Part shown: positions 62,484 through 64,000 of the stretch, piece by piece
Layout: every line of letters begins with the position of its first letter
Position numbering within the stretch: position 1 is the stretch's first letter
Assembly (NCBI GenBank): GCA_015058475.1
Contig: SVCF01000002.1
Span: forward strand, 13,102 to 77,101
DNA: 64,000 nt
Origin: Clostridium butyricum
GTDB taxonomy: Bacteria > Bacillota > Clostridia > Clostridiales > Clostridiaceae
Direction of reading: 5' to 3'
Translations under genes and position numbers: made by a program
The notes under the pieces: generated by a model
What the model saw: the letters and a program-made list of their open reading frames with translations, nothing else
What the model was told of the DNA's origin: nothing
Databases searched by the model: none

Positions 62484-62693
62484 ATGGCTAGTGTAACTGG
62501 TACTGTTAAATGGTATGATAAAAATAAAGGATATGGGTTCATTTCATGCAATGATGGAAAAGATGTTTTTGCACATCATTCACAAATTAAAGGAAAAGGA
62601 CCTGAAAAAGATTTGCATGAAGGTGAAAATGTAAGTTTAAATATACAAGATGGTCAGCATGGTCCAATGGCTATAAATATACAAAAATTATAG
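62484..62693 (+). CDS. Cold-shock domain protein
   Basis: GTVKWYDKNKGYGFI, DVFAHHSQI, GPMAINI. Confidence 0.93.
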   Translation: MASVTGTVKWYDKNKGYGFISCNDGKDVFAHHSQIKGKGPEKDLHEGENVSLNIQDGQHGPMAINIQKL

Positions 62694-62870
62694 TTTTACT
62701 TGAAAAATCATTCAAATATAACAATAAAGCATATATAGTAAATTCATATAACTTTTATTGTATTTTAATAGCAATAAAATCTTTCGAAAATTATGGCAGG
62801 AAAATATAACATTTATGATAAAAGAAGTATAAATAGGCAATTTTAATCAACTGCCTATTTATACTTTTAT

Positions 62871-63026
62871 TTATTTTATTAAAACTAAGCCCTTACTTCT
62901 AGCACAAGTACACTCTCTTGGTTCATCTGAATGTAAACATTGATATTTAACTTTTTTTGGTGCTTGAATTTCAACTTTTTCTTCTTTATTATTTAGTTTC
63001 TTTTCTTCTTTAACTATTTTCAACAC
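62871..63026 (-). CDS. Small Lys/Glu-rich protein with a C-terminal Cys/His cluster (start uncertain)
   Basis: RBS AAGGAAG near 63027-63033; ...KVKYQCLHSDEPRECTCARSKGLVLIK; terminator hairpin at about 62824-62867. Confidence 0.5.
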   Translation of the reverse strand: MLKIVKEEKKLNNKEEKVEIQAPKKVKYQCLHSDEPRECTCARSKGLVLIK

Positions 63027-63361
63027 TTCCTTTTTACAATATATTAAAATTATATAATAATAATTATCATTAAACAATCATTTCTACTATTTTAAAATAA
63101 ATTCATTAAAAGTGTCAATTATTCAAGTAAAAATTCTCTATCTATAAAAATTTAATTGTAATACGAATTTGGTAACTTTTCTTTAATGTTCTTCTAAATT
63201 ACAAATAAAGTTATACCCTTAAAGGGCACTTCGTCAAGAAATTAAAAGATAATATAATTATCTAAAAAATAAAAAGTCCACGAAATTCATCGTGGATTTA
63301 ATTCATCATCTCTTATAAATTCAATCTTCGTTACTTTATATGATGTGATTTAGCAATTTAC

Positions 63362-64000
63362 TTAACTATTTGTTCCAAAAAATACCTTGTTAAAAAATTC
63401 TTTAGTTGCATCAGCGCCCATAATGGCCTTAAATACATTCGTAGATACGCCTCCATTATCAACTAATCCATCTGTATAGTCCTGTGTAATTTTCCATTTT
63501 AACTTTCTTTCTTCTGCTGTCAATAGCTTACTGTTTTTTTCCATTTCAATGAATAATTTTAAGTTATCTATAAACATAGATGATATTTCTAAATCCTTAG
63601 TTCTATCTGTATTTTTAGCTGTACATACTGGTTTTAATGAATCATACCAACATTCTTTCAACACCATATCTTCTAACTCATTATGTTCTGCTTTAAGATT
63701 TGCAAATCTATTCATATAATCTAAATATAGCTCGTCCTTTTTTGGTACTAAATCATAATATTCTATTAAAAAACTTCTTTTTTCATTCATATATATATAA
63801 TCAGTTGAAAATAAAGGTAATGATTTATAGTATGGAGTAAGTACAAATGAAGCCATTTGAAGCTTACTTGAATCTTTAGAATCCATTACTAAAAGATTTC
63901 CTACACCATTAATTTTATACTGCTTAATACTATAATCAATACCTTGTATTTGTAGATTGGAAAATTTCCCAGTCTCAACCTGTTCAAGGTCATAATTAGA
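63362..64000 (-). CDS. Hypothetical protein, 5' end outside the window; possible ferredoxin-dependent bilin reductase-like fold
   Basis: Frame open from 64000 (SNYDLEQVETGKFS...GVGNLLVMDSKD...) to the stop at 63362. Confidence 0.75.
   Translation of the reverse strand, partial: SNYDLEQVETGKFSNLQIQGIDYSIKQYKINGVGNLLVMDSKDSSKLQMASFVLTPYYKSLPLFSTDYIYMNEKRSFLIEYYDLVPKKDELYLDYMNRFANLKAEHNELEDMVLKECWYDSLKPVCTAKNTDRTKDLEISSMFIDNLKLFIEMEKNSKLLTAEERKLKWKITQDYTDGLVDNGGVSTNVFKAIMGADATKEFFNKVFFGTNS

Noticed and set aside
1..64000. CRISPR array, tRNA/rRNA, prophage, transposase or defence genes
   Set aside because: No repeat-spacer periodicity, RNA gene signature or such ORFs seen; the octamer arrays have no unique spacers

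Overview
Very AT-rich chromosomal window of a low-GC Firmicute; gene content, RBS and promoter style point to Clostridium sensu stricto (inference). Most genes lie on the minus strand. Housekeeping genes (htpG, gpmA, trpS with a Trp T-box, nfo, deoB, greA, a Dus-family gene, a cold-shock gene) are mixed with signalling genes (three MCPs, a PAS-GGDEF-HD-GYP protein, a BceRS/BceAB-type module split by an L,D-transpeptidase and an MCP), a feoAAB/ZIP metal-uptake cluster with Fur-like boxes, a MarR-ABC exporter locus, telA/xpaC and several decayed genes. I found no CRISPR array, rRNA, tRNA, transposase, integrase or phage genes. Best leads: (1) a four-gene partner-switching operon (RsbW-like kinase, MCP, STAS, PAS-PP2C) with an embedded chemoreceptor and no sigma factor; (2) an ANTAR-like dual-hairpin attenuator ahead of an MCP; (3) a stand-alone BaiCD-like flavoenzyme (candidate steroid delta4-reductase) next to a TetR gene; (4) a 137-bp MITE-like element inside a terminator loop; (5) two in-register 8-bp repeat arrays and a 27-bp perfect inverted repeat; (6) a possible bilin-reductase-fold protein at the right edge. 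All family assignments come from motif recognition by eye; no searches were run.
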